A DNA stretch of 64,000 nucleotides from Schizochytrium sp. TIO01 (lineage: Eukaryota; Protista; Bigyra: Labyrinthulomycetes). The stretch spans positions 3,839,648 to 3,903,647 of the forward strand of contig SMSO01000014.1 in the NCBI GenBank assembly GCA_004764695.1, in the 5' to 3' direction. Below, piece by piece: positions 33,309-44,795 of the stretch. The notes beneath the pieces are model-generated. The model had not been told where the DNA came from and ran no database searches. It saw only the letters and a program-made list of their open reading frames with translations. Position 1 is the first letter of the stretch; every line of letters starts with the position of its first letter. The position numbers were made by a program, and so were the translations under genes.

Positions 33309-34781
33309 TTAGGATGTACCGTTCTTTAATGCTGCGCGCTCCTCGAGTGCAATATCTCGCTCTTCTTCAGCCCTATCATAGTGGTAGTCAATACACTGGA
33401 TCAGAAGAGCAACGTCATGCTGCAGTTTAATGTTGTCAAAACCATTCTCCTGAATAAAAGGATCTTCCAAGGCGCGCCCTGCTGTGATAAGGCCCATCAA
33501 AACAAGGAAAGTCAGACATGAAATGGCAATGGCCATTCCATAAGACCCTGATTGCTCATAAATCCATGCAAAGTATGGACCGATGAACCAGGGCAAAACG
33601 AAGAGATAAACTCTTCCAAAAGATCGAGTTGCTTGAGGAGTACGATACACTTTCTGGTTGCGGAGGAGGTTAATACGCTGCTGAAGAAACCAGATGTACT
33701 GTGCCAGGCGTGAGGATTCGTTTCCTGGCATGCCAGTTGCCTTCATAGTCTCCACGGCTGTATAGAGTCTTCGAAAGAGCACGGCAAAACGCTGTTCAAT
33801 ATCAGAGCGCTTTGCAACAACTTCCTGAACGCGTTTTCCATCATTCTTGAAAACGTAATTTCTTGCGCGGCCCGTTATCCAAGGGATAGAGAGATACTGG
33901 TATAGCAGCTCGGCCATCTCTACGGCAGTGTCCCTTACATACCGGTTATACCAGTCTGGGAGCTCCGCGCGACCTCCCCATTCCTTCGAAGCAGCGCTGG
34001 GAAAATCCCAAATGAGCGATCCACACACAATTGAAGTTAGCACGGAGCGAAAATCCGCGGCATGCTGTAAGGCCTGCTCTCGACGTCCAAATGCTTGTCC
34101 CATAAGATACGTCAGTGGGAACGTGACCGAGAATGCCAAGAAAGACATGTCGAGTTTAGCTGCGATAAGCGTACCCTCATCATCCTCATACTCAAGGAAA
34201 AATATTGTGGCACCAATTGCGTTCGCGAGGACTAGGAGAGATTCAAAAGAACATGTGAGCTTGAGGTAAATGTACAATGCACCAATTTCATCTTGTAGCG
34301 TTGTCCACAACCTCATGCAAAAACTCTGTCGCCACCTTCCCCCCCTTGCGCCAGTTTCCAAGTTCTCCCTACTTAATGTGTCTTCGTAAAATTCGAGCTG
34401 CCTGAATAGCATCGGTTTCAGTTTTTCGCCCTCACTGGTAGCACTTTTCTTAGCCAATTTTTTCTGTGCATTCTCGTTGTCTACCTCTCCCAAGTTTACA
34501 TCAATACCACTATTTTTCTCCAGGTCTCCGCTGGCGAAGTTCGCCATGCCAGATTTTTCACCGTAGTCAGAGTTATCGGTGTCAAAAAGCTCATCGTCGC
34601 TACTGCTGTGGCGAGCAGCCCGAGCGTTTGCTGATCCTGGTGATGTTGCTGATGCGGTCCCGGCCGGCGGCGGCATGTCCATCGCTCGGGAGTCACGTGC
34701 TTCTAGCTGCACGGTCTGAAGTCTGCGGAGGCTCCCGCTCGCGACGGAACCTTCCGACGCGCTGCCAGTGGCGCTCTCCAT
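33309..34781 (-). CDS. Bestrophin-like (YneE/UPF0187-type) membrane channel, about 490 aa
   Basis: TM pairs around AFSVTFPLTYLMGQAFGRREQAL; YRTPQATRSFGRVYLFVLP; LITAGRALEDPF...DNIKL. First ATG is at 34781. Confidence 0.75.
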   Translation of the reverse strand: MESATGSASEGSVASGSLRRLQTVQLEARDSRAMDMPPPAGTASATSPGSANARAARHSSSDDELFDTDNSDYGEKSGMANFASGDLEKNSGIDVNLGEVDNENAQKKLAKKSATSEGEKLKPMLFRQLEFYEDTLSRENLETGARGGRWRQSFCMRLWTTLQDEIGALYIYLKLTCSFESLLVLANAIGATIFFLEYEDDEGTLIAAKLDMSFLAFSVTFPLTYLMGQAFGRREQALQHAADFRSVLTSIVCGSLIWDFPSAASKEWGGRAELPDWYNRYVRDTAVEMAELLYQYLSIPWITGRARNYVFKNDGKRVQEVVAKRSDIEQRFAVLFRRLYTAVETMKATGMPGNESSRLAQYIWFLQQRINLLRNQKVYRTPQATRSFGRVYLFVLPWFIGPYFAWIYEQSGSYGMAIAISCLTFLVLMGLITAGRALEDPFIQENGFDNIKLQHDVALLIQCIDYHYDRAEEERDIALEERAALKNGTS

Positions 34782-35885
34782 GTATGCAAAGGCCACCTCG
34801 AGCTGGAAACTCCGAGTTCCACTGGAAGTTGATCAGAGTGGGCGGCCGCTTGAAGAAGATCAGGCCGAGCAGCTTCAAAGGGTTTAGACCAGAGCGCACT
34901 TTTGCTTAGGAAACAGATTGCCTTGGAGGTCTTCCCAAGCGGCGTACGTGCTAGCTCGGATCGGTGTTTTTGAGTTGAGGTTGGGTTCTGTCTCTTGGAA
35001 TCCGTGTTGATTCAAAGTTTGAACTGGAATTTGATTTCGAATTTGAAAAGTCGAAGTTTTCGAGCTTTTAAAATTTTATCTTCAAATTTCAAGTTCACAC
35101 CAAAACAAAGTAAGTTTTATAGAGTTCACGCAGCAGAACAACGAGGGCTTTCGGTGAGGGCCACAACAAACCCAGCACTTGAAACCGTGGGGATCCGAGA
35201 CGCAAGAACAGTGAACCCCAAGATCACCCAGGAAGCCACCTCTGACAGAGCAAAGAGCGCTTGTACCTACCACGTAACAATAACCTCGATTCGTGCTGAC
35301 GAGCTTCAGAACACAAAGACTAATAGCCCCTCGAGGCCTACTATTCGCTATCAACTCCTACGTGAAAAGTCCCCTCAGAGAACCCGCTGCAACGGCCTCT
35401 TTATATAGGGATCTCTATAGTCGCTTGTATATGATCGTTCTTTGCTTAGGTCGTTCTGTTTGTTCTCAGAGGAGGCGTTCTATCTGGCGTTCTTTGATGT
35501 TCCTTTCTTGAAAGACGGACTATAAGAAGTAGAGAGACTGATTGAATCAACTGTGGTTCTCCTGCAGCGAGGAAGCCCTTCGCAAGAAGTGAAGGCCTGC
35601 TGTAGTGGAAGGCTGGAACAGAAGAGCGAGATCTAGAGCTTTCGTTGAGATTGAAGTCGTTGGTATCGCTGGGCAGAACTCTCGGGCGGCTCAACTTCAA
35701 GTTGGGCAACTTTGGAGAATGGGTCAAAAAATCTGATCTTTCCGATCCCAAGCACACTCTTCGAAGTCTTAAAAAAAGATAGTTCTACCTGCAGTATCCA
35801 AACTCGCCACCGCTGCTCTCTTGAGCTTTGCGTGTTAATTGAGACCTCAGAAGTCTTCTTGAGGTCCGTCAGACTGCTTCCCGCG

Positions 35886-36386
35886 ATGCGTTCTGCTCTG
35901 CGTCGCGTGGATGTTTTGCGCCGTACTCTAGTGCCGTCTTTGTCCGAGACCAAAGGCCCGCGGCTCATGACAACCTCGGCTCACGATGAGACCGCTGCTG
36001 CTCAACGTGCTGCTACCAGTGGCGCAGCGTCGGACAATGGTCCCACAATCTTCGACAAGATCCTAAGCCGCGAGATCCCTGCTAGTGTGGTCTTCGAAGA
36101 CGACCTTTGCATGGCATTCCGCGACGTCAACCCTCAAGCGCCGTCTCATCTCCTCGTCATCCCAAAGCGTCGCGGAAACCTCTCGCAGCTCAGCAAAGCT
36201 CAAGATGAAGACAAGGATATCCTTGGGCATTTGATGCTTGCTGCCAGCAAGGTTGCTCGTCAGGAGGGCCTCGCTGAGTCTGGATACCGGATTGTCGTTA
36301 ATGACGGCGTCCATGGTTGCCAAAGTGTATATCACATCCATCTTCATATTATTGGAGGGCGCCAGCTCACTTGGCCTCCTGGATAA
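35886..36386 (+). CDS. Histidine triad nucleotide-binding protein (HINT), probably mitochondrial (HINT2-like), 166 aa
   Basis: PTIFDKILSREIPA, AFRDVNPQAPSHLLVIPK, GYRIVVNDG..GCQSVYHIHLHIIGGRQLTWPPG; Arg-rich N-terminus from the ATG at 35886. Confidence 0.95.
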   Translation: MRSALRRVDVLRRTLVPSLSETKGPRLMTTSAHDETAAAQRAATSGAASDNGPTIFDKILSREIPASVVFEDDLCMAFRDVNPQAPSHLLVIPKRRGNLSQLSKAQDEDKDILGHLMLAASKVARQEGLAESGYRIVVNDGVHGCQSVYHIHLHIIGGRQLTWPPG

Positions 36387-37574
36387 AGCAGTTCATAATT
36401 CTGCATAAATGGAACAAGAGCCTTCAGATCCACGACAAAGGTTTGAGTTACTGTGTGTTGATGTCTGCAACGATGGTTCGCAAAAGGCTGTTGAATTTGA
36501 GAACTGTGGAACGTGTGGGAATAATCTTTCTGTGTTTGTGCGGGAGGACTGTATCTTGTTTCTTTGATTTTTCAAGTTCAAGTCTTGTCTTATTCCTGAT
36601 GCTGGTGCTAGTGAGGGGTGCTAGTGAAAGAGGGATGAGGATCAATAATGGGATTAAAGAAATAAGAAAACTTTATTAAATATAAATTTTGATGTATTCT
36701 TGAATGTACTGCAGCTGAAGCAAGGTCATCTGGATGGTGAATGCTAGGATTCATGATATGGTATATAGAGTCGTACAAACCCCAGAAGGGGCGACAATTT
36801 GATGTCGTGGTCGGATAACTGCTCCACATATACATCTCGACTCTTTTTCTGCCTCTTGAATTATTTTGGAGTTTTATTTAATATCAGTATGCCAATTGCT
36901 TTCCCTTCTCCTATTGCTTGGGTCTGAAGTTTTGCTAATGGGGAGGCTTTTCCTTATTTTGTTTCATGTATTGCAAATTAAAACTTGGGCGTTCAAAATA
37001 CGCCATTTCACTGCTTATCTGCCATCTACTCGTGCGGATTGTGAAGTTTGGCAGTTCAAGCAAGAAAGCAATATCCCAAGTGGTTTCGTTTACTTCTTCT
37101 CTACAATCTGATTATGTGAAGTTGTAAAGCTTTGGCAGTTCAGTCAAGAAAGTCATATGATGCTTTCCTTCATACATTGCTGCAAGCTTTTGGTGATTGG
37201 TCATTCTCAGAGGTGCGCATTTTTTACTGCTCCCTCCTTTTGTGGAGAGGACTTAATCTTGAGCCCCGATATAGAAGGCGCGACATTGATGGTGTTCCTT
37301 GTACGAGCTCGTCCAAATATCGATCAGATAGTTATCACACACCGTACAAGCTGAGGGCAGACGATTAAAATAATAACAATAATAATACTAAAAATTGCAC
37401 TGGCGAAGCAGGCCATGTCTCAGACTTCTGAAGCTCGGGAGACCCGAATGCCAATAATTGCGGTCTCAATTCTTGGGCCACTGTACCAGTAACCCATGTG
37501 GTACAGCAGTAGTCACCCTCTGGTCACTGACATGCTATGGCAGCAGAACCATCGATGCCTGCGGATATACTTTC

Positions 37575-37589
37575 CTAGCTAGCTAGCTA

Positions 37590-37645
<56 letters not shown>
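37575..37645. repeat. Tetranucleotide microsatellite (CTAG)n switching to (CTGG)n
   Basis: Directly visible. Confidence 0.95.
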
Positions 37646-38417
37646 CATTGCAGCCTTCTCATTGTGTGCGCGGCTATCCTTTCGAGATCCAAGACTCCCT
37701 TTACTTCCACCCATCCACTTTACAAGCTGCTCTAGAGGCTAGTACACGAGTTCCCCAAAGCAACCCAATACAAAGCCCGCTAGTCTACAGAACTACAGCT
37801 CTTATCAAAATCACATCCTTCGCAATTAAAGACCTAGCTAAGTTTTTGTGTCACCACTGCCTGCCATCGAGGGAGATCTTGAGCTATCGCTTTCATCCGT
37901 CGCATACGTTTCCGTAGTTCTCGTTCAACCTCGGCCTTTGTGTTTGTAAAAATAAGCAAGCATCAATGAGCTTTACATTGCACTTCCAAGTCACTTCCCA
38001 ATTGCAGCACACAGTAAGTAAGCAAGCACATTTGCATATCTGACACCGCAATTCGATTCTCCAAAGCAGACCAAGCTTTTGTTTGCATCAGGTCCGAAGG
38101 CCAGCAACCATCCATCCAGCTCGAGTCGATCCAGTCGTTTCAAACGAAGCTCGGCTGCTGTTTCTTGGAGTTTGTTTCTCTTGTGCCTGCGAGTCAAACT
38201 TCTTCAAGAAGAACTGAAGGCGTCGATGATTATGATGGATCAAGAGTTAGTTGACTGACCATTGTATGGTTAGAAGAAGGAGGCAAAGGTGTTAATTCCA
38301 ACTTTCGCATCTTCTCGTCTCTGGTTCACCTCCTTGTTACTTTCGTATCAGTTCAATAATCGCATGATCATGGCGCTGCCCATCATTGGACGCCTTAGTC
38401 AACAGCTAGCGACAAAG

Positions 38418-38452
38418 TGAATGAATGAATGAATGAATGAATGAATGAATGA
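38418..38452. repeat. (GAAT)n microsatellite
   Basis: Directly visible. Confidence 0.9.
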
Positions 38453-39024
38453 AAATGTTAACAAAGACTCTTGATCCAATTGGATGATAGGTAGCTCAGC
38501 GACCCGATACTCTTTGGCACGAGGCCATGAGACGGTATTTGTAGTTTGCTTGCAGTGGAGTGAAGGTCGTCGTTTGGTGTTTCTTGGGTTGAGCTGGCGC
38601 CCAGGTAACAAACAATAAAGAGCTCTTCAAAGCTAGATTCTCGCTGCTGAGAACAACTTGTTCCCATGAAAAGGAGTACCTCCTACTACTTCTGCTACTG
38701 CAAACTTCGAAGTGACTACCATTTCTCTTTAGGATAAGAAAAACAAACAGAAGGGAAGATAAAGATAGTAGGGGATGCTAGAGAGGTCTTAGGTGAAAGG
38801 GTGATAAAGTATGATTAGATTATTTATGAAAGAGCGAATCAGTCAGAGCTCTGGCAGAGGCAAGCAAGCGAGGTAGCAAACGGGAATCAAAAGCCGCGTG
38901 CCGTCGCCTCTGGTCGCTGCTGGGAGGTTCCTTCTCACTGATAGTTGTGATCTGTGCCCCGAGGCTAGTAACCACGAGAGCAGGAGCTCGCTCGTTTATT
39001 TTCTTAAAGTAAAGGTCTGCCAAG

Positions 39025-39393
39025 ATGCCCTCCATTGACCCCAAGGTTTTCTTCTCCAATGAGCGCACGTACCTGCACTGGCTCAACACTGGCGTGACAA
39101 TCGGCAGCATTGGAAGCGCGCTGCTTGGATTCTCCGGCATGGCATCTGCTAGCTCGGAAACCAGCTCTTACGGCGCTCTCCGTATGATCGGCCTGCTCAT
39201 GCTGGGTCTTTCGATCCTCTTCACCATGAATGCCATGTACCAATTCAGAAGGCGCGGAATCCTGCTCCGTAAACTCTCAGGAACCGGATACGAGGACTCT
39301 GTTGGCCCTATTGCTCTCTCTGTTGTCCTCGTACTCTCCCTCGGCGGTATTTACGCAACCTATATCACCAAGGGCGTGGCGATCCACCCCTAA
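39025..39393 (+). CDS. VTC1: Vacuolar transporter chaperone subunit Vtc1 (DUF202), polyphosphate polymerase complex, 122 aa
   Basis: IDPKVFFSNERTYLHWL, three TM helices, Y.F.RR...LR and YEDSVGP. Confidence 0.9.
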   Translation: MPSIDPKVFFSNERTYLHWLNTGVTIGSIGSALLGFSGMASASSETSSYGALRMIGLLMLGLSILFTMNAMYQFRRRGILLRKLSGTGYEDSVGPIALSVVLVLSLGGIYATYITKGVAIHP

Positions 39394-40073
39394 GACGTAG
39401 TAAATGCCATCTATTTGACATATTCACCGACCAAGATATCGCTCTACTGATGAAGCCGTGAGAACCTTACTGCGACATCATCATAGACATAATGAGCCTA
39501 TGATGGTGTGCTGACCCGGTCTGCTTCTCTGGTGAAAATTATCTTGGAAACCTTCACTAACTCGTCGACGAAGGAGGGGATTTGCTTCTTTGACGAAAAC
39601 CTCAAATTGTCGAAAACAACCAACTTCATGACCCATGCGGCTTGCTTTGGTAAGCTCCTAAACGGCTCGCGTAGCGACGTGGCTAATGAAAGGTTATATG
39701 CCTGGCTGCCTCTGTGCGACAATTTTATAAAACCATCAACCTCGTAACGTAGACTTTTCACAACCTACCTCCTTCACCTACCGTTGAATTTTTGTTATTC
39801 AATTCTTGATACGACGCAGTAAAACCCTTACATACTTGTTATAGTTTATCTATATTTTCAATCTTGAATAGATATCGCATGCGACTTGGAACATGGTAGA
39901 TATCTTCTCATGGTACGACCCAGCGTTTCAGTCAAGTCCGCTAGCAATTAGAAAAAAAAGTGAAATATATGGATACTACCATGTGCCTGATAATGGTTGC
40001 AATACTAGAATCAAGTTAAATCACTATAATTATTATATTGGATAAGTTCTGACGCGACTTTAGAACGAAAACT

Positions 40074-40910
40074 CTAGAGGAGGAAAAAACAAGATATAAG
40101 AACATAAATAGCCGTCAGGTAGAGCCAAGCACAAGATGTGAGGTGGTTGGCCGCATTCTTCAAGCTTGGTGTACACACTGCAATTGGCGTAACATCATCA
40201 TCTTCAAATTTGTTGGCACGGAAGGGCTGGCCTGGGAAGAATGATCGCCAAAAGTATTGTGTTCCGTTCTCATCGTATCCACTACTGTCAAGGTCGACCC
40301 CTGCCATGGACAAAATTGGATCTTCAATTCCAATACCGTTCAGAAATGCAGAGCTTGAGCAGCGCCACATATCCTCCGAATATCCACAAGCCTTGAAGTA
40401 GTTCTCACATACTGATTTACACATGATCAGGCTTTTATCTTCCTCATCGCAGCGTGGGAAATTCGCCCAACAGAAAAAATTCATATAAGCTTGTGTACAG
40501 TCGTTAACAAAGTTCCACGGGTCATCTTCGCCCTCTGCGTAAAAGCGCATCACCACTGACCCTTCGTCGCCATACTCATCCACGCCCAACTCTTGCAGCG
40601 TGAGATTTGTTTCGGCGGACTTGCGAATATCCCATTCACGGTTAAATGCCTCTTCAACCCAAGCATCTTTGTTACTCAGAGTATGTTCGCTCCAGCGATT
40701 AACTGACGAGCCCTGGTATCTTGGCATGCACGCTCTATATGTTACCAGATCCTTACAAAACGACATCTCGCCTTCAAAATCATCAGGGTCGCGGCACTCG
40801 CCTGTTTCGTAGCCCTGAATCTCGCATCCAAGCGAACCGTTTCCAGACAACACCACCAGCACTGCTGCAACCGCCACCACAAAAGGCCACGAGCCCCTGC
40901 GAGACACCAT
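40074..40910 (-). CDS. Secreted, probably GPI-anchored cysteine-rich protein with a Frizzled-CRD-like domain, 278 aa
   Basis: Signal peptide; CTQAYMNFFCWANFPRC...MCKSVCENYFKAC (Fz-type spacing); hydrophobic C-terminal tail with no cytosolic domain. Confidence 0.75.
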   Translation of the reverse strand: MVSRRGSWPFVVAVAAVLVVLSGNGSLGCEIQGYETGECRDPDDFEGEMSFCKDLVTYRACMPRYQGSSVNRWSEHTLSNKDAWVEEAFNREWDIRKSAETNLTLQELGVDEYGDEGSVVMRFYAEGEDDPWNFVNDCTQAYMNFFCWANFPRCDEEDKSLIMCKSVCENYFKACGYSEDMWRCSSSAFLNGIGIEDPILSMAGVDLDSSGYDENGTQYFWRSFFPGQPFRANKFEDDDVTPIAVCTPSLKNAANHLTSCAWLYLTAIYVLISCFFLL

Positions 40911-40952
40911 CGTGAGAAGGTTCGTTGCGTGTCTCTACGCCGCCGAACCTGT

Positions 40953-40989
<37 letters not shown>

Positions 40990-41550
40990 AGTGCGCCAAA
41001 CATTCTACTCGACAACCAAGGACCCGTAGAAGTAAAGAAAAATATTATGGAAATCCAGGCGGCCGTTGAGACGGGACATACTCCATGTGTCCTTGGTAGT
41101 AATTACTAGTGCTTGCCGGATCGAGTGTTCTTGATCTTGGAGAGAGACTCCGAGAATGAGAGCGGTTTTGATAAGGGCATGATGCAAACTAAGGAAGGAA
41201 TTTATATTTGTCAATCTTTAAATGCTTTGCTATCCCCCGTAGTACAAAACACGAAGTGCTCATGCCTTGCATTAGAGTTTTGTCCATAAAAAAACAATAA
41301 ATATCTCAGCGAAACTAAATCAATGCCTAGAGACAACTGTTGATTGCAAAAATAATTAAATTGTGAACGGGGATGGGAACTGTTTAATTGCTATCGCCAG
41401 ATCATGCACCACTACTGTTTGATGATGATTGCTAGAGGGTGCCCTGAGCGAGGGAATAAAAAAAAAAACGGATGACAGTGAAAGTAGATGGGGAGTGAAT
41501 TCTCAGATTTAATGAGCAACAAATTCTACAGAGTCGTCTCAGCAACAAGC

Positions 41551-43491
41551 TTAAAGCTTGGATTGCTGGTCTTGCTGCTGCTGAAGTTGAGCCAAAAAGT
41601 CGGAGAATCGAGACCCCTTTTCAACTGGCACCGACGGCTCCGGGGTGGATGCTGGAAGCCCAACACTTGCTTCGAGACGCCACAGAGACAAAAGGGTTGG
41701 GTCAGGACGATCATAAGAATCGAAAATAGCAGCCTGGATACTTGCGTGCTTATTGATACATCCCAGAAGAGGTCGAATCATATTGATTGGGATAGAAAAG
41801 TTGATTTCCGGAATGATGTTGCCATTTGAGTGACGCGCATTGCTCGTGAGAATGCCAATGAAGCGCCCTTGATCATCGGCCAAGAGACCTCCACTATGAC
41901 CTCGGAAAACACAAGCACAGGTTTGAAAAATAGCTGGCTCCCAAGATCTATGGGGGTGGGGAACAATCCGAGCAAGGACACCGGCAGAAGTCGTTGCTTG
42001 CAGCTGAGTTGAAGGATCAAAGATAGCGTGGCCTATCGCCACACATTTATCTCCAGGCCGAGGTAGAGGTGCCGACTCAGGCAACAGAGGGACAGAGTCC
42101 AAGCGCAAATCTGAATCGAGATTCACAATTTTGAGTAAGGCGATGTCAATAGGGCCTTGTGAACAGAACAAAAGTTGAGCCTCGCATTCAATACGCCGTT
42201 CGTCGTCACGCAGCGTCACTCGAATCTTAGTCCGCCGATGCCGCATCTGCAAGCGTTTAGTGTTTGGGTTTACATTAGTGTATGGACGGAAGAGGTGCGC
42301 ACAAGAAAGAATGTATCCTTCCTCAGAAATGAGAATGCCAGAGCCCCAGGAAGTGTTGACACAAATCAGTACGACTGATGCAGCGCTGTGGTCAACCGCA
42401 CTTTCAACAGTCTTAAGGGTTGATGGTGAGAAGGAGGGCCCACCGTGAATAGCTAGAGAATCAGTCATGCTTTGCTCCAAAGGCATTCCACCAGCCTCTG
42501 GGAATTGATGGCTCACCCAGGGATTGGAAAATGCATGGCCTGTGGTCTCCTGAGCGCAGATGCCTGCTTCCTGCGACTTTTCTAAAGCCGAGCCTTCGAT
42601 TGGAGCAAGGCCTAAAGGCTGAGCAAATGAGTGCCATGGCAGTATTGCCCCAAGCTCCAAGTTTGTTTGATCCATTCGTTGGAAGCTAGGCGCAATCATA
42701 CCAACAAGGCGACCCTTTGCATTGAGCACTGCTCCACCTTCTGAGCCAGGTAAGCACCGTGCATCGGTGAGGTACAACGTTGGATGTTGAGAATTCACAG
42801 GCCAGCGCACTACGTTACTAATTATGCCTGTTGTAAGACTGTTCTGAAATACAGAAGGGGATACCAAACCAAAAGGAGAACTCACAACGACAACAGCTGA
42901 TCCACGAGAAGATTCTTCGTAAAGTTTTGTTGGTGCAAGCGATATTTCCATTGGCGGATTTGGCAAGCTCGGAACTCGGAGGAGGGCAACGCAGCTAACA
43001 TCAATTCCACGCTGGGAGCGGGGTGGCCCATTTACAAGGCGATCTGCAGCTTGAAGCACAATTTTAGACCTCGCAATGTTCACAAGTTCGCAGCGCATCC
43101 AATGGCCGTTTTCAAGCAAAATTTCTACAATGCATGTCGGCATGAGCTCTTCCAAAGGGTCCTGCGTCTGTTCATGGAGCTTCATAAAAGGTGCAAGAAT
43201 CATTGCACTTGTGACCACTGCCCACCCTTCGGGTACAGCGCGACAAGGGCAAAGAAACCCTGACGCAGAAAGCGTGGTCTTGCCAGCCTCCATCGAGAAG
43301 AACGGACGTCCATCGGCCTTGAGACCCTTGGGATCTGACCCAGTGACACGGACCAATACGCCAACTCGAGTCCATGTGTGAGGACCGACATCGTTTTGGT
43401 TGCCAGAGCCGAAATCATTGTCGTCGTCGCTGGGGGAAGTCAAAGTTCTCATGCCGCGGAAGCGGTCGGACTCGGCCCCATCTGGGTCCAT
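41551..43491 (-). CDS. TYSND1: Peroxisomal leader-peptide processing protease (DEG15/TYSND1-like), about 646 aa
   Basis: Two trypsin-like domains. The first is degenerate (SPFG..SP..F.NS...GIISN, TDARCLPGSEGG). The second has the triad CAHLF / DIALL / GHSGG. C-terminal PTS1 -SKL. First ATG is at 43491. Confidence 0.9.
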   Translation of the reverse strand: MDPDGAESDRFRGMRTLTSPSDDDNDFGSGNQNDVGPHTWTRVGVLVRVTGSDPKGLKADGRPFFSMEAGKTTLSASGFLCPCRAVPEGWAVVTSAMILAPFMKLHEQTQDPLEELMPTCIVEILLENGHWMRCELVNIARSKIVLQAADRLVNGPPRSQRGIDVSCVALLRVPSLPNPPMEISLAPTKLYEESSRGSAVVVVSSPFGLVSPSVFQNSLTTGIISNVVRWPVNSQHPTLYLTDARCLPGSEGGAVLNAKGRLVGMIAPSFQRMDQTNLELGAILPWHSFAQPLGLAPIEGSALEKSQEAGICAQETTGHAFSNPWVSHQFPEAGGMPLEQSMTDSLAIHGGPSFSPSTLKTVESAVDHSAASVVLICVNTSWGSGILISEEGYILSCAHLFRPYTNVNPNTKRLQMRHRRTKIRVTLRDDERRIECEAQLLFCSQGPIDIALLKIVNLDSDLRLDSVPLLPESAPLPRPGDKCVAIGHAIFDPSTQLQATTSAGVLARIVPHPHRSWEPAIFQTCACVFRGHSGGLLADDQGRFIGILTSNARHSNGNIIPEINFSIPINMIRPLLGCINKHASIQAAIFDSYDRPDPTLLSLWRLEASVGLPASTPEPSVPVEKGSRFSDFLAQLQQQQDQQSKL

Positions 43492-44795
43492 CGTCCTGCC
43501 CAGTGCCGCCTTCAGGCAAGAAGAACAATTTGTGAAACTGCGGCAAGGAGGGAGATAAGAAACGAGCGAGAGCCGCGCTCGCAACGACTCGAAACGCGCG
43601 AGAAGTGGGTCTGGTACATGTGCCCTATTTTCCAAGGCGTCGATGTGGGAGTTCAATTCTTTCGGAGACGCTTTCGTTCTGCTTAAAACGCATAATAATG
43701 CACAAAGTTGAGCTATGTGTAATGTAGTGCTCACCAAAGGTGAAATAGGAGCAGAACTTCGGGGTCTTCCTCCTCCTGAATCAAAAATGCATGTGGGAGC
43801 GAACAAAAGACAGATTCGGAGGAGGTTATGATAGAAATCCTCAAGACAGTGTCAAAAGGAAAGATTTATTTCTTAATTAATGGAGACTTGCCTACTGCTG
43901 TGAAAGATTATTGGATATTTTACCAGGACAGGACACACTAGGAGATTGTGAATTTAGGTTGACATGCTGTTCGTGTACGCTTTGGTGCTTATCGAGGTAT
44001 CTAATGGTAACAACTTTCCATACACACGTGTTTAAGCACATCAGTAGAAATGTCTGATTTAAGAACAATGTAGCTTGTAACATGATCAAATATCGTTTCG
44101 CTTAGTTAAGTCTGGTCTTCATTAAGAACAATGAAATCCACGCCAATCATCCCTCGAGGATCCTGTGAAGCTGCAAATCCGCAGGCGAAGCTCAAAACGA
44201 ATCATATCGATACTGTCAATACAACGAGCTTCACAGATACTCTACTTCAGGAGACACAGCTCATAAATGTACCCGTTCTGAGAAATGGAGCAACAAATCT
44301 CGAAACGAGATTGAGTTGTGGAAACTGTTCTGATTCAATATAGTTTTCTTGCTCGCGCAGGGCTTATTTAGGTTTCGTGATGCGCTAGAGCAGGAGTTCC
44401 TGAGAAACGTCTACAGTTTACGTAGATTAACGAACCCTCAAACGCATTGTCGAGTTTACATTACAGACGAACTTCCGGGCTTCAAGAAGACAGAATAGCC
44501 ATAGTTGATGCAATGCGGTGTCCCTGTGATATGTTCGCGTTCAATTTCCTTCCTCCGAGAAAAAGATACATAGAACTGTTAAAAAAAAAAGTGAGTAAAA
44601 GAGAAGAAAAGAAAAGAAAGTAGGAAGAGAAAAGACAAACGAAAGCCTCAAAAACAGCGACGAGCAAGTCCGAAGCTGCTCCAAACCCCAAAACGTTGGC
44701 TCTGAAGCTAGTGACATCACCACAGAAGAGGACATAGTGGAGCCCGAGAGGCGATCTAGAGCTTTGTGTTCCAGACTTTGATACCTGCAGAGAAA

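Noticed and set aside
37400-37510. Hairpins with CTGAGA on the minus strand as a TPP riboswitch
   Set aside because: Lacks the downstream CCTGAT...TAATGC..GCG core; no thiamine gene adjacent.
43492-43806. TTG/GTG-initiated N-terminal extensions in the ORF track (also at 2579, 13872, 34796, 35712, 46670, 51207, 57281, 63014)
   Set aside because: Eukaryotic genes; the first in-frame ATG was used instead.
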